Part shown: positions 1 to 9,790 of the stretch, piece after piece
Position numbering within the stretch: position 1 is the stretch's first letter
Layout of the letters: the number at the start of each line of letters is the position of its first letter
From: a virus
Direction: 5' to 3' (one strand)
DNA length: 64,000 nucleotides
Virus record (IMG/VR): IMGVR_UViG_3300042934_000426
Span: 1-64,000 of that record
Made by a program: the position numbers and the translations under genes
Notes under the pieces: generated by a model
Seen by the model: the letters and a program-made list of their open reading frames with translations, nothing else
Database searches by the model: none
What the model was told of the DNA's origin: nothing

Positions 1-16
1 GATTTCGCTCATGTTC

Positions 17-286
17 TCACCCCTTTATGAATGACATAATTTCACCGAAGCCTGTTAGCTTTGTAGCTTGCTTAATCGGTTGTAATTCTTCTGTGATTAC
101 AATAGTTGGCACGCTCATAACGTCGTATAGTTCGGTGTATTGCTTATGGATATTACTGTTGCTCTCGCTGTCTGCGTTGATTTCTAGCACTTCGAAGCCG
201 TTTGCTTCTGCATACTCATTTACTTGTGGTGAGGTAATTTTACAATACGTACAGGTTGGTGTGCTAAATTTTAATATTCGTTTCAT
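17..286 (-). CDS. Thioredoxin/glutaredoxin-like protein
   Basis: KFSTPTCTYC (CxxC) and VMSVPT cis-Pro motif in 89 aa. Confidence 0.85.
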   Translation of the reverse strand: MKRILKFSTPTCTYCKITSPQVNEYAEANGFEVLEINADSESNSNIHKQYTELYDVMSVPTIVITEELQPIKQATKLTGFGEIMSFIKG

Positions 287-357
287 CGTCTTACTCCCTT
301 CGGAAATAAAAAAGCTTCAGGGCACTTAGCCCCGAAGCCCCTTTTCGGTTTGTATGA

Positions 358-546
358 TTAATGATTGTCGCGTCCGTGGACGTGTCCACAGTTAGGACAA
401 TGTTTTTCACCTGTTGCGGATTCTCTAGTGGATGTAATCCCTCTAGGGACGGCTTTTACTTTGCATAATGGACACGTTTTAAGCTTTGGACTTGTTGCTT
501 CGTCTACGTGTGTGTACTCTCTCGTTGTACCGATTTGGCTCGCCAT
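358..546 (-). CDS. Small zinc-ribbon protein
   Basis: CPLC...CPNC pairs; GGGGG RBS upstream. Confidence 0.6.
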   Translation of the reverse strand: MASQIGTTREYTHVDEATSPKLKTCPLCKVKAVPRGITSTRESATGEKHCPNCGHVHGRDNH

Positions 547-601
547 AATCGAATACCCCCTTTTGTTTGAAGTTTAGTGAAACTGTCACACCGCTAGCTT
601 C

Positions 602-632
602 ATCATAGCATGACTTTGTTTCGGAAGGTAGT
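602..632 (-). promoter_or_regulatory. Putative phage (late-type) promoter, copy 1
   Basis: Minus strand ACTACCTTCCGAA-N7-CATGCTATGAT, nearly identical to 5125-5155; extended -10 TGnTATGAT. Confidence 0.55.
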
Positions 633-977
633 TTAAGTTTTACTTAAAATCGTCAAATAGCCTGTTGTGACTGTAGAAGGTTCTCCTTCGTTGTCGACTA
701 TTTGTAATTCGTGATAATAGCGCCCGTCCGTTAAGGTTTTCGTGTCTTGGCTTCGAAGGATGACCGTTACTTCCCCTGTGAGTGGGTCAGTGATTTTAAT
801 TTGGTTCGTGTCGGTGCTTGCCTTCGTGACAATCGGTGCGTACCCGTTTTCTCGGTACAGGTACCAATAAACGGTGAAGTTCCGAAGGTCGACTTCTGTT
901 CCGTCTAGCTTCTCAATCGGAATGGTGAATCGTTTCATATCTCCCTTTTTGAGGGTGGCGTTTTGGTTCGTTATCAT
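633..977 (-). CDS. BppU N-terminal-like (Ig-fold) virion/baseplate protein
   Basis: KGDxxxFxI...DL.....ITDPLTGEVTVILRSQDT..L.GRYYHELQI pattern; RBS-supported ATG at 977. Confidence 0.6.
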   Translation of the reverse strand: MITNQNATLKKGDMKRFTIPIEKLDGTEVDLRNFTVYWYLYRENGYAPIVTKASTDTNQIKITDPLTGEVTVILRSQDTKTLTDGRYYHELQIVDNEGEPSTVTTGYLTILSKT

Positions 978-3022
978 AACAGTACCCCCTTCCACGTTGT
1001 ATTCGGGTTGTATACGCCACGGAAGCGTATTTCGATTTGATACAAGCCTTGTAGCTTAATCGAATCATAGCGGTCGACGACTTCGATGATTAATTGACCG
1101 ACAGCTACTAAACCAGCTTCCGAAGTTCCTTCCATTTGGAACGCCTTTCCGAATACGCTGGTGCCTTCGGATAGGGTAAGGTCTGTTCCTTCGAAGCCTA
1201 ATCGATTGCGTAAGGCTCCTGTTGCTTCGGTCGTTGAAGCGCTTTCTGCCTGTAACCCTTTACGATTGAATAAAGGAGCGGGAGGGACTACAGAAGACGT
1301 GATAGAGCTTCCATAGAGGGTGAAGCCTCTACCGATGTCCACCTTGGCTTCGAATAGTGTTTCGCTCTCTCCTTCGAAGGAGCGTAGGCGCTTTAATGTT
1401 ACTTGAGCTTCTGTGTACGTAGACGATTCCCCTTCGAAGCTTTCAAGCCTTCTCTTAAGGGCGCTAGTTGCTTCTGAATGAGTGGTCGATAGTCCTTCTA
1501 GGTCGACACGGTTTACGCCTTGTATACGTAGGTCAGCGGTCGCCTGGGACGTCGTTACATCATTGGCTAGTAACGATAGAGCGGTTCGAATGGTGCCCAG
1601 GACTTCACTTGCGGTTACGCTTTCCCCTTGGAATCCCGTGGTCTTACGAAGCGTTAAGCTGACTTCCGAAGTGGTTACGGAATTTCCGTCTAACGATTTC
1701 AGTCTTTGGAGCTGGGCTGTACTGGCTTCGGAAGCTGTGAGCGATTGCGCTTCGAACGGTACGCTTCGTCGTAGTTGGTCTGTGCTGGCTTCGGAAGCTG
1801 TGAGTGAAGAGCCTTCGAAGCTAACCGCTCCCCCTGTTGATGGAGCTTCTTCGACGAATGTCCCACCTGTTAAGGTCGCATGGTTGCCGTTTCCGCTTTG
1901 GTCTAGGGCGTTACCTTTCGACATATCGTAGTGAGCGACTAGTGACCCATTTAAAAGGAACTTTACATTGTAAATCTCACCCGCTACTCTGAATGAACCT
2001 CCGTTATGTGAAAAGATGGATACATCGTCTGTTGCGATTACCGTAGATTTTAAACGTAAAACGTATTTAGTATCGAAGGGAATGTTAACACTAGCGTTTG
2101 ATTGTAATACCTCATTCACATATATCCCAGTTGCAAATGTGCTACCACCCGACATAATATCTACGCCTGACGTATTCCTGAATAGATAACTACTCGCTGA
2201 ACCCGTTCGCATATCGATATAATAACTGTTATTTACTTGTCTTGTTTTAATAGCCATTATTACTTCGTCGAAGGTAAGGGAAGGTGTTTGTAAATTATCG
2301 TCCACACCATCCATTTGAAGGTAGTACTTCGGTAGTTCTACAAACGTCCCGCCTACTAATGTCGCATGGTTGCCGTTTCCGCTTACGTCCTGGACGGTTC
2401 CCGTAGACATATCATAGTGTGCGACTAAAACACCCGCATTATAGTACTTAATGCTATACAGTTTTCCTGACATTCTTCGACTGTTTGCGTTATCAGCTAG
2501 AATGTGCGTATTATCTGTAATAGCTCTATCAGCGACCAATTTTAAGGTATGACGTTTGTTTAGTGCCATATCCGTAACGTTTGTTTTCTTCACACCATCA
2601 ACGTAGATACCATTACTAAAAATAGAGCCTGTTACGTCGATACTACCGCTTGACCGTGTAAAGTAAGCTCCTGAATCAAAAGGTCTTGCGTCAAAATAGT
2701 ACATACCGTTTACAGGTGTAGGGTGCCAATCCATTACTACTTCGTTAAAAGAGAAGGTTGCACTTGTTAAATTATCGTCTACACCATCCAGTTGAAGGTA
2801 GTACTTCGGTGATTCCCTTACGATAGCTAGCTGGTTTGTGGTGGCTTCGGAAGCTGTCAATGAAGAGCCTTCGAAGCTCACTGCTCCCCCTGTAGGTGGT
2901 GGGCTACTTACACCGAAGACCGTTTGACCGCCTTCGGTTAGGTTACCCACTACGATTCTTCCTTTTTCGTCTATTGAGGTGGTTGCCCACCTACCACGTT
3001 CTGTAATGGGCATGGTGGTCAC
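974..3022 (-). CDS. Fibre/receptor-binding virion protein with two tandem LamG/ConA-like domains and ~20-aa shaft repeats
   Basis: Two copies of PKYYLQ(L/M)DGVDDNL...HYDMSxG...DxSGNGNHATLxGGTFVE, followed by about a dozen FEGxSxTxSEA repeats. Confidence 0.7.
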   Translation of the reverse strand: MTTMPITERGRWATTSIDEKGRIVVGNLTEGGQTVFGVSSPPPTGGAVSFEGSSLTASEATTNQLAIVRESPKYYLQLDGVDDNLTSATFSFNEVVMDWHPTPVNGMYYFDARPFDSGAYFTRSSGSIDVTGSIFSNGIYVDGVKKTNVTDMALNKRHTLKLVADRAITDNTHILADNANSRRMSGKLYSIKYYNAGVLVAHYDMSTGTVQDVSGNGNHATLVGGTFVELPKYYLQMDGVDDNLQTPSLTFDEVIMAIKTRQVNNSYYIDMRTGSASSYLFRNTSGVDIMSGGSTFATGIYVNEVLQSNASVNIPFDTKYVLRLKSTVIATDDVSIFSHNGGSFRVAGEIYNVKFLLNGSLVAHYDMSKGNALDQSGNGNHATLTGGTFVEEAPSTGGAVSFEGSSLTASEASTDQLRRSVPFEAQSLTASEASTAQLQRLKSLDGNSVTTSEVSLTLRKTTGFQGESVTASEVLGTIRTALSLLANDVTTSQATADLRIQGVNRVDLEGLSTTHSEATSALKRRLESFEGESSTYTEAQVTLKRLRSFEGESETLFEAKVDIGRGFTLYGSSITSSVVPPAPLFNRKGLQAESASTTEATGALRNRLGFEGTDLTLSEGTSVFGKAFQMEGTSEAGLVAVGQLIIEVVDRYDSIKLQGLYQIEIRFRGVYNPNTTWKGVLL

Positions 3023-3475
3023 CTACTCCATTGTAATAAAAATAGCGTTTAATTCCTCACTCGTCGTAGCGGTTTCAAGCTGTCGGTGAATCGCTATACG
3101 CTTCGTGTATAAATCCATTTCATGCTTTTCACAATCTCTACTAAACTGTAAAAATTGCGCTCTCGTTAGTTGAACAACCCCGTGAGAACTAGAGCCGATG
3201 GTTACAAACTCTTTATTCGGGTCTAGTGATAGAACATTTGCCCACTTCGTATAGTTAAGCTGGTCTTGTGGACTGTACCCAAAGGTTACTTCTTCCCCTG
3301 TAGACGTGGACACCATCCCTTTTGTGATGGCTTCCTTATACGCTTCCATTAGCTCTCGTTGTTTTCGTTCTTTTAGTTCTTCTATCGATAGACTGGCTTC
3401 GAACGGTTCTTCTTCTACTTCTTCGAAGTATTGCTTCCCTGTAGTAGCGTCCATTACTAATCGTTTACTACTCAT
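3023..3475 (-). CDS. DUF4376-like tail fibre-associated protein
   Basis: ELKERKxxEL...AIxKG...DQLN...ELNAI pattern; paralogous to 63384-64000. Confidence 0.6.
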   Translation of the reverse strand: MSSKRLVMDATTGKQYFEEVEEEPFEASLSIEELKERKQRELMEAYKEAITKGMVSTSTGEEVTFGYSPQDQLNYTKWANVLSLDPNKEFVTIGSSSHGVVQLTRAQFLQFSRDCEKHEMDLYTKRIAIHRQLETATTSEELNAIFITME

Positions 3476-3481
3476 TTTTTA

Positions 3482-4324
3482 TCACCTACCCGCGTCATAA
3501 AATTGAACGATTGTTCCATTTGTCCATGCAACATCAGCGCTACCACCTTGGTAGCCTGTTACAGCCTCAAAGCCTACAATATCATTAATCGAAGCATACA
3601 TGTTTGTTAATGGTTCTACACCTGAATCGGTTACTGTTATATTGTACCCCGCTCTTCGCCCCTCTGCTTTCGCTGATTTGACGACATAAACGAATTTCCC
3701 GTGTGATACATCAATAGTCGTATCGGTTAAAGCGAAGGTAACGGTTCTGTTTCCGTTGCCTGGTTGGGGAATTTCGAATATAGGTAAAAATGCTGACGAT
3801 AGAATAGGTAAACCGTTTAACCCTATGCCCCGTAATTTAGCATACCTGTATCGAAACATTTGGGCGTATCCAATCGTTCTCATTCGCATAATTTTCATAG
3901 GTGGTAAATTCGCCACGTCAAAGTTTATGCCAAACTCGAAATGAAACTTCGTAACGTCTAGATTATTATTATTTTCCAAAGAGGTAGGCGCTACCACTAA
4001 AGCGTTACTTGCTCCGTCGCTTTCTAATATTACTTTACATGAATAGTCGTCTACTCTTGCTAAAGCTAGCCTACCTGAAGCGTTATTCCATTCCTTCGGT
4101 ATGCTTCTAATATCCCGAAGTGGATTGCTAAAATCTTGATAATTAGGGACTACAGTGACGACCTTCTTTGTCGCTATTCCATGTGGTACGCCAAACGTAA
4201 CAATACCTGTTGCCCAATCTGCTGATATGGGTGTGTACACTTCATTGGCGTTATGAACAAACTCATATACCAACGTTCCATACGTGCTTTTGTATACGCC
4301 ACCTTCGAGCCATTCTACACTCAT
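3482..4324 (-). CDS. Putative virion structural protein
   Basis: 280 aa, beta-rich, within the fibre module. Confidence 0.45.
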   Translation of the reverse strand: MSVEWLEGGVYKSTYGTLVYEFVHNANEVYTPISADWATGIVTFGVPHGIATKKVVTVVPNYQDFSNPLRDIRSIPKEWNNASGRLALARVDDYSCKVILESDGASNALVVAPTSLENNNNLDVTKFHFEFGINFDVANLPPMKIMRMRTIGYAQMFRYRYAKLRGIGLNGLPILSSAFLPIFEIPQPGNGNRTVTFALTDTTIDVSHGKFVYVVKSAKAEGRRAGYNITVTDSGVEPLTNMYASINDIVGFEAVTGYQGGSADVAWTNGTIVQFYDAGR

Positions 4325-4332
4325 ACTCTCAC

Positions 4333-4626
4333 CTACTTCGTCTGAATTCCGTCATACCCAATAAGGGTAGCGGTACCCGATGTATTCTTCACTTGAATCC
4401 ATTGTGCGTTCGTTACATGAAAAACTGCTCCTAATCGTGCTCCTTGCGAGCTGTCACCATCAAATTTCAGAAGGTTAGTGCCGTCTGTTTTGTAGAATTC
4501 GACGCTTCCCTGGTTATAGTAGATGTTATGAATGACCCACTCTTCGGAAGCTGAACCTGGTTGAATATCTAGTACACCATTGGGTGCTACTGACGCTATA
4601 CCACTTTTTACGTCCCCTACTGCCAT
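4333..4626 (-). CDS. Putative minor virion protein
   Basis: 97 aa, RBS AAGGAG, within the fibre module. Confidence 0.5.
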   Translation of the reverse strand: MAVGDVKSGIASVAPNGVLDIQPGSASEEWVIHNIYYNQGSVEFYKTDGTNLLKFDGDSSQGARLGAVFHVTNAQWIQVKNTSGTATLIGYDGIQTK

Positions 4627-4681
4627 GTGCCTTCGCTCCTTTCGAAAAAAGACGAAGAGGTTTCCCCTTCGCCTGTTTTGT

Positions 4682-5089
4682 TTACGCTAATTTCAAGCTT
4701 AATGTGTTCGCTCCGAAGGAAGGTGTATCACCTGATAAAACCGCCTTCGGTGTCGTAATCGTCCCCACGACAACCGCATTTCCGTTCGTTAGTGCGTCAT
4801 AGATAACGAAGTGTGTAACCGTTCCCCAATCAGCCGAAGCCTGTGGGAACGTAACGACCGCGCTATTCTTTACTTCGCCAGCCGTCGAAGCGGGGAAGTT
4901 GGTTGTATTACGAACAATCGTCGCCCGTGTGTAGCCCCCGCCTGTCGGCTCTACAATGCCTGTCCCATCATTGTTTGGTGCTGACCCGCCTACATGTAAC
5001 CCTACGTAGAGACTAGCGGGTATCGTCATAGCTGTCGCTCCGAAGAGATAATTTAACACTTCGTTCTCCCATTTACGTGTCATAGACAT
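4682..5089 (-). CDS. Phage fibre/minor tail protein
   Basis: ENEVLNYLF...LYVGL...EPTGGGYTR...TFPxASADWGTVTHFVIYDA, a widespread phage minor structural family. Confidence 0.7.
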   Translation of the reverse strand: MSMTRKWENEVLNYLFGATAMTIPASLYVGLHVGGSAPNNDGTGIVEPTGGGYTRATIVRNTTNFPASTAGEVKNSAVVTFPQASADWGTVTHFVIYDALTNGNAVVVGTITTPKAVLSGDTPSFGANTLSLKLA

Positions 5090-5124
5090 ATGGTAAAAAC
5101 CCCCTTATCAGAATATTCACCATT

Positions 5125-5155
5125 ATCATAACATGTACGCACTTCGGAAGGTAGT
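5125..5155 (-). promoter_or_regulatory. Putative phage (late-type) promoter, copy 2
   Basis: ACTACCTTCCGAA-N7-CATGTTATGAT upstream of the fibre module. Confidence 0.55.
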
Positions 5156-5162
5156 AGGTATT

Positions 5163-5504
5163 TTAGCCGTTGCGTCCGTGTCTTCCCCGCTTCTGACCCT
5201 TTCGAAGGTGCTGGACTTCGGGTTTCTCTTTTTGCTCTTTGCCACGCTTTCGACGCTCCCGCTTCAGCTCTTTACGAAGCTTGATGTTGTTACGCTTTAC
5301 CTTATAGAGCTCTTCTGCCTGGGCTTCTAGCTTCTCCCATAATTCCGTGTGAATGGGAAGCGGATTTTCGGGTGTGTATCGTCTTCCGAAGTATGTTTTA
5401 TCAATCAGGTATTGCTTCCCTGTTTCCAGGTCTTCGATTAAAAAGTCTGCTCCGTTCTCTTTGACGATTTTGACCTTCTCTACCATGACGTATACTTCGT
5501 GCAC
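5163..5504 (-). CDS. Hypothetical protein with basic C-terminus
   Basis: ORF directly downstream of terL. Confidence 0.55.
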   Translation of the reverse strand: MHEVYVMVEKVKIVKENGADFLIEDLETGKQYLIDKTYFGRRYTPENPLPIHTELWEKLEAQAEELYKVKRNNIKLRKELKRERRKRGKEQKEKPEVQHLRKGQKRGRHGRNG

Positions 5505-5543
5505 ACTATCGCCCCCAATAGCTTTTCCACAATTTTCTCACAA

Positions 5544-7376
5544 CTAGTAAAAGAAGTCACTACCTCCGCTGTTCTCCACCTTCCGAAGGGCAATCGTTAG
5601 GTAGTTCATGGCATGCCCAAAGTGGTCGCCACCTGGTAGCGTGCCTACACGTTCTTTGATTAGCTCTTTCTTCGTTTTTTCGTCGGTTTCAATATCTCGT
5701 ACTAGTACCAGGTTGGTCAGGTGCTTAATAAACGTTTCGAAAAGGGGGCTACTAGCGACCCAGGCTGGGATAACGATTTTCCCATCACGAAACATCTTCG
5801 CCATGATTTTGAGTGTAATCGTACGGTCGACGTTAACCTTGTGGTCGTCTTCGTTCCATTGGTCGTCCATGTTACGGTTAATGTCGGTGGATAAACTTGG
5901 ATAGAAGCAAGAGAACACCTTCGAAGGAAAGTCTTGCATAAGCTCCCAATTTCGGTCTTTCCCGTACCCAGCGTCGAATACCCCCCGCTTCGCTTGCCAT
6001 TGCACCAGCTTTTCGCCTGACTTACGGATATGTGGGTTGTCTTTTCTTCCGTCGCTATTCGTGTGGGCTTCGTCTTCTTTGATATCCCATATGTCCATGA
6101 TAATAACCTTTTCAGGGCTGTCAGGGTGACGCATGCCCGCAATCCCCCAGGATTGATTCCCCCAGTCCGTTCCAATGGCAAGGTTCTCCCTTCGAAGGTC
6201 ATACGGGCTCTTTAAGCTAGTGTCCACACAGCGCATAATGTCGCCCCGACTTATCATGACGTTATCCCCTAGGTACGGTCGTCCGATAACGTAGTTCTCA
6301 AAGAGCTGGTCAAGTTTATAGTCTTCTTTCTTTTTCATGAGTTGGGAAGCACTTATCCATGGACAAATAAGCTGACTGATTTGGTAACCTCTTACAGCCG
6401 TTTTGTAGGGGTATAAGGCTCTCCATATCCCTTTGATACGGGTTTCATCACTGATGTAGTTTTCGCACTTCGTACAGATATAGGCGTGGGTGTCGGTCTG
6501 TCTGATACCTGGAACCGATAGATGTAGATTATGGTTCGGAATCCCCCGACTATCGACACTAAGGGTGCGTACGCACTTCGGGAAGTCATGAATGAGCGTG
6601 AACCAATGCCCACAATGCGGGCACTTCATGAACCAATGCTGTTGGTCGCTCTTTTGGAAGCTTTCGTTTACCCCTACGCCAGGAAGTGAAGGCGTGGAGA
6701 TATCTCGTCGCCAGCCGTAAGCGGAAGAGGAAATCGTTTCATTGAAGGCTATCATGACCTTCGGGTGCATACGGTCGATTTCATCAAAGGTTACCTTATC
6801 CACGTCAATCCCTTCCCCCGCCTTCGGGGTGTGACCACTTCGGAAGAATATCCAGCTATCGCCTATCTTACGTAGTCGCACGTTGTCGACGACTTCTTCG
6901 CCTGGTTTCTTTTTGCCTGTCACAGGGTCTAGTCCCATTCGGTCACGCACATAAGGGCTTTCTTTCATAACCTCTTCGATACGGGTTTTACTGAAGTCTG
7001 CTACCTGGTCAAAGGTCGGGAAGACATACGCTTGCTTTGTATACGGGAAGACATCCCCGAACCATAAGGTCTCACGGACTTCGTTTTCCGAAGCCCCACA
7101 TTGTCGGCTCTTTTGGTTTGCCTTGTGTGGGTGCTGGTCGTCTAGTGGCTGTTGCAAGAACTGACGCTGACCACGTAGCCCAATGTTAATCTCCTGGGCG
7201 GTAATCTCATGAGGCTGACGAAGGTCTAATGACCCGTCGCTCATAAGCTGTTCGAAGCGGTAGGGCTTCCCACGAAGCTTCGTGTAATACTGTGCCCATA
7301 TACTCGGACGCTTTTTGATGGAATATTCTAATACCTCTTCGGGTGATAATTCGTGTGTTCGGTGGTGTGACGTCAT
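5544..7376 (-). CDS. terL: Terminase large subunit (GpA/herellevirus-like)
   Basis: Walker A-like KSRQCGASE, Walker B VTFDEID, coupling motif ISTP, CPHC zinc finger, nuclease GTDWG and DHFGHA. Confidence 0.92.
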   Translation of the reverse strand: MTSHHRTHELSPEEVLEYSIKKRPSIWAQYYTKLRGKPYRFEQLMSDGSLDLRQPHEITAQEINIGLRGQRQFLQQPLDDQHPHKANQKSRQCGASENEVRETLWFGDVFPYTKQAYVFPTFDQVADFSKTRIEEVMKESPYVRDRMGLDPVTGKKKPGEEVVDNVRLRKIGDSWIFFRSGHTPKAGEGIDVDKVTFDEIDRMHPKVMIAFNETISSSAYGWRRDISTPSLPGVGVNESFQKSDQQHWFMKCPHCGHWFTLIHDFPKCVRTLSVDSRGIPNHNLHLSVPGIRQTDTHAYICTKCENYISDETRIKGIWRALYPYKTAVRGYQISQLICPWISASQLMKKKEDYKLDQLFENYVIGRPYLGDNVMISRGDIMRCVDTSLKSPYDLRRENLAIGTDWGNQSWGIAGMRHPDSPEKVIIMDIWDIKEDEAHTNSDGRKDNPHIRKSGEKLVQWQAKRGVFDAGYGKDRNWELMQDFPSKVFSCFYPSLSTDINRNMDDQWNEDDHKVNVDRTITLKIMAKMFRDGKIVIPAWVASSPLFETFIKHLTNLVLVRDIETDEKTKKELIKERVGTLPGGDHFGHAMNYLTIALRKVENSGGSDFFY

Positions 7377-7678
7377 AGTCGCTCAATCCTTAGATTTGGT
7401 TTGATTTCCATTAGCGTTACGCCTTTGTATGCCTTATATCGTAGAGCTTCGGAAGCTTGCTGACAATACTTTTCTTTTTTGAATTCCTGTGCCTTTGTGC
7501 TGGCTAAGTCGAAGCCGTTGTTATATGTGTAACTGCATAGCTCTTCGAAGGATGTTTCGTCTAGTGGTGCAATAGGCATGCTGTCTGATACCCCGTCGAA
7601 GCATAGTCCTTTTTTAGCATATGGGTAGTTTCTCGTATTCTCCCATGGTTTAGGAATGTGATTGTGTGCTGTTGCCAT
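7373..7678 (-). CDS. Hypothetical protein
   Basis: RBS GGAGCGGGAG; overlaps terL start. Confidence 0.6.
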   Translation of the reverse strand: MATAHNHIPKPWENTRNYPYAKKGLCFDGVSDSMPIAPLDETSFEELCSYTYNNGFDLASTKAQEFKKEKYCQQASEALRYKAYKGVTLMEIKPNLRIERL

Positions 7679-7921
7679 ATTCTCCCGCTCCTTTTCTTAT
7701 AGTGAAAAACCCGCTACATTAGCGGGCTTCGGTGACATACTCTAACACTAGGTAGCTAGCAAACTGTAGCGCAATCGCTCCTAGTAGTCCGATAGCTTCG
7801 GGTATGCTGGTTTCATATAGTGTATACGTATAGGCTAGGAGGAAAATAGCCGTCGCAATTAGTCCATTTAATAATCGTGTGTTCATTGTTCCCGCTCCTT
7901 TCCCTACTACTCTATGGCGCT

Positions 7922-8155
7922 CTAGGTCAAACTATGCACGCCCGCGCTTATCCCTGGTCGAAGGTGCTTCTTCCTTCGTTCCATTTCTTCAGTTGTTAAG
8001 ACTTCGATAACGTAGTCGATTTTATATCCTTGATGTACTTTCAGGCTGGCTTCGGTTTCGGTTTCTGCTTTAATGGGTAAGAATATTTCCGAATCATTTG
8101 GCATAGAACAATGGCAAAAAAACTTGGTCTTTCCAGTCTTATTAGCGGTTGCCAC
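7922..8155 (-). CDS. Hypothetical protein
   Basis: ORF with GGGGG RBS in the terminase operon. Confidence 0.5.
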   Translation of the reverse strand: MATANKTGKTKFFCHCSMPNDSEIFLPIKAETETEASLKVHQGYKIDYVIEVLTTEEMERRKKHLRPGISAGVHSLT

Positions 8156-8200
8156 CAGCGTACCCCCTACATATAAAGTGGTAGGTAGAGCGTCCCTTCT

Positions 8201-8965
8201 CTACCTCTCACCTGTTAGGCTTCGAATGATATCGTCTGCGATATTGTCGAAGTCTTGCTCTAGCTGTTTCTTCTCTTCTTCGGTCTTGCCCGCTATCATA
8301 TCGTCTACTTTTAACGATACGCTGGCGACTTTGGCGGTCAGGTTCGTTTCCTGGCTGACCTTCGTTTCTTCGACGAATTCGCCTTTATCCTGGGCAATTA
8401 GCTTCGCTCCCGCTTGTAGGGCGGATAGTACGGCTCCCAGGGACTTGTCCGTCAGTTTTACTCCGTCAATCTCTCGAACTAGCTTTTGTAGTAGCACTTC
8501 GTTGACCCTCTGAAGCTTCGCTAGTCGCTCCCTTCGGTTCGCCCATCCTGATTCTAGTACCAGCCCGTCGACGTGCTTTTTGAATTCAGGGTGCTCTAGC
8601 CATACATATATCATCATGCGACTTTTAATGTTTACACCTGGTTGGTCAGGTATTTGTGTGAATGGGATTCCCTGGGCTATGTACTCAGCTACGGCATAGC
8701 GTTCAGCGTTCCATTCCCATACCTTCGGGATATTCGGTGCATACGAAGCGGGTACAGCTACCTCATAGACTTCACCCTTCGAACCTGTCAGTTTTACGGT
8801 TGTGAAGTCCTGTGGCTTTTGGTGGTCGGCTAGATTCGCCTGAAGTGTTTCGTCTTTGTTCTGCTTGATTGGTTGCCTTCGAAGCTTCCCGCCCGCTGGC
8901 TTTGGCTCTTCGGGCTTTACACCCTTTGCCAGCTTGTTAATGCCACGTAGTACGCTCTTCTTCAA
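8201..8965 (-). CDS. terS: Probable terminase small subunit (HTH plus coiled coil)
   Basis: HTH-like VAEYIAQG...SRMMIYVWLEHPEFK; lies upstream of terL; TTG start at 8965 has RBS GAGGGTGA (ORF open to 9061). Confidence 0.6.
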   Translation of the reverse strand: MKKSVLRGINKLAKGVKPEEPKPAGGKLRRQPIKQNKDETLQANLADHQKPQDFTTVKLTGSKGEVYEVAVPASYAPNIPKVWEWNAERYAVAEYIAQGIPFTQIPDQPGVNIKSRMMIYVWLEHPEFKKHVDGLVLESGWANRRERLAKLQRVNEVLLQKLVREIDGVKLTDKSLGAVLSALQAGAKLIAQDKGEFVEETKVSQETNLTAKVASVSLKVDDMIAGKTEEEKKQLEQDFDNIADDIIRSLTGER

Positions 8966-9226
8966 TTCGTCACCCTCTTTCACTCTATATAGCGATTTTT
9001 GAGCTTTCTGTTTAGGTTTGTCTAATGGTAGTTTACCATTTTCATACAGCTTTGTGAACACTTTTGAACAAAAAAGAACAAATAATTGTCATACGTCCGA
9101 TTCCCTAGCATATAATAGTAGGTTTAACTCAAGCCTAGCATAGTCCGAAGGCTTCCGAAGCCTAAAAAAGTCACCTTTTTTATAATACCTATATAGGGTA
9201 TATAATTTTTTATTTTTCTTTAAGAA

Positions 9227-9420
9227 AAATGGGAAATCGCTTATTACGTATCAACTCGTACTGAATACTCGACGTCACAGCACTTTATTTTTTTGAAAAA
9301 TATTTTTTTTATTTTTTTATTTTTTGGAGAAGAAAAAAATAAATTTTTTTCTTAAAAAAATTTTCGTGTGTCACCCCACTATACCGTACCAACTCGTACG
9401 TAATAGGCGATTTCCCATTT
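9227..9420. repeat. Paired-palindrome locus 1 (candidate origin or recombination site)
   Basis: 24-bp outer inverted repeats (9227-9250 and 9397-9420); cores TTATTACGTAT-CAACTC-GTACTGAATAC (9241-9268) and CTATACCGTAC-CAACTC-GTACGTAATAG (9379-9406) flank an A/T tract. Confidence 0.85.
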
Positions 9421-9449
9421 TCGCTCTTTGCTTTAGTACACTAAAGTTA

Positions 9450-9483
9450 CGAACATTTGTACGTATTTTAGAACATTCGTTTG
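9450..9483. promoter_or_regulatory. Two tandem Bacillus LexA (SOS) boxes
   Basis: CGAAC-ATTT-GTACG (9450-9463) and AGAAC-ATTC-GTTTG (9470-9483) vs consensus CGAAC-N4-GTTCG. Confidence 0.6.
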
Positions 9484-9600
9484 GGGGGAGGGGTATACTG
9501 GTTGTTGTCTTTTTATAGAATGATACAATCGAAGGGGCTGTAAAAAGGAAAATAAAGGGGATTTTGGGGTATGACGCTCGGCTATACTTTAGTCATGGAC

Positions 9601-9790
9601 ATAAAAAGACCCCTATCTATTGGCGTCGATAAGGGTCAACCCGAAGTCTTTCGTTTCCATAAAAAGCCTTCGGACGACTGCGTGGATACTGCTATACCAC
9701 TATAGTCGTTAATTGGAGGAATGATAAATGGATGAATTCAGCACCTTTTGAAGTTATCCTTCTATTGGTTACTCACCCATAATATACCAA
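9601..9790 (-). ncRNA. Candidate ~190-nt small RNA
   Basis: SigA-like promoter TTAACA-17-TATAAT (9794-9822), intrinsic terminator at 9601-9637, no convincing ORF between them. Confidence 0.4.

Noticed and set aside
974-3022. Diversity-generating retroelement acting on the fibre gene
   Set aside because: No reverse transcriptase in the window, and the repeats do not differ specifically at adenines.
9227-9420. MITE interpretation of the paired-palindrome loci
   Set aside because: No target-site duplications seen, interiors are diverged while the internal cores are conserved, and a lone core occurs as an operator at 46721; protein-binding sites fit better.
9324-9518. ORFs 9324-9518 and 58684-58935 crossing the paired-palindrome loci
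   Set aside because: Low-complexity translations of A/T tracts with no RBS.
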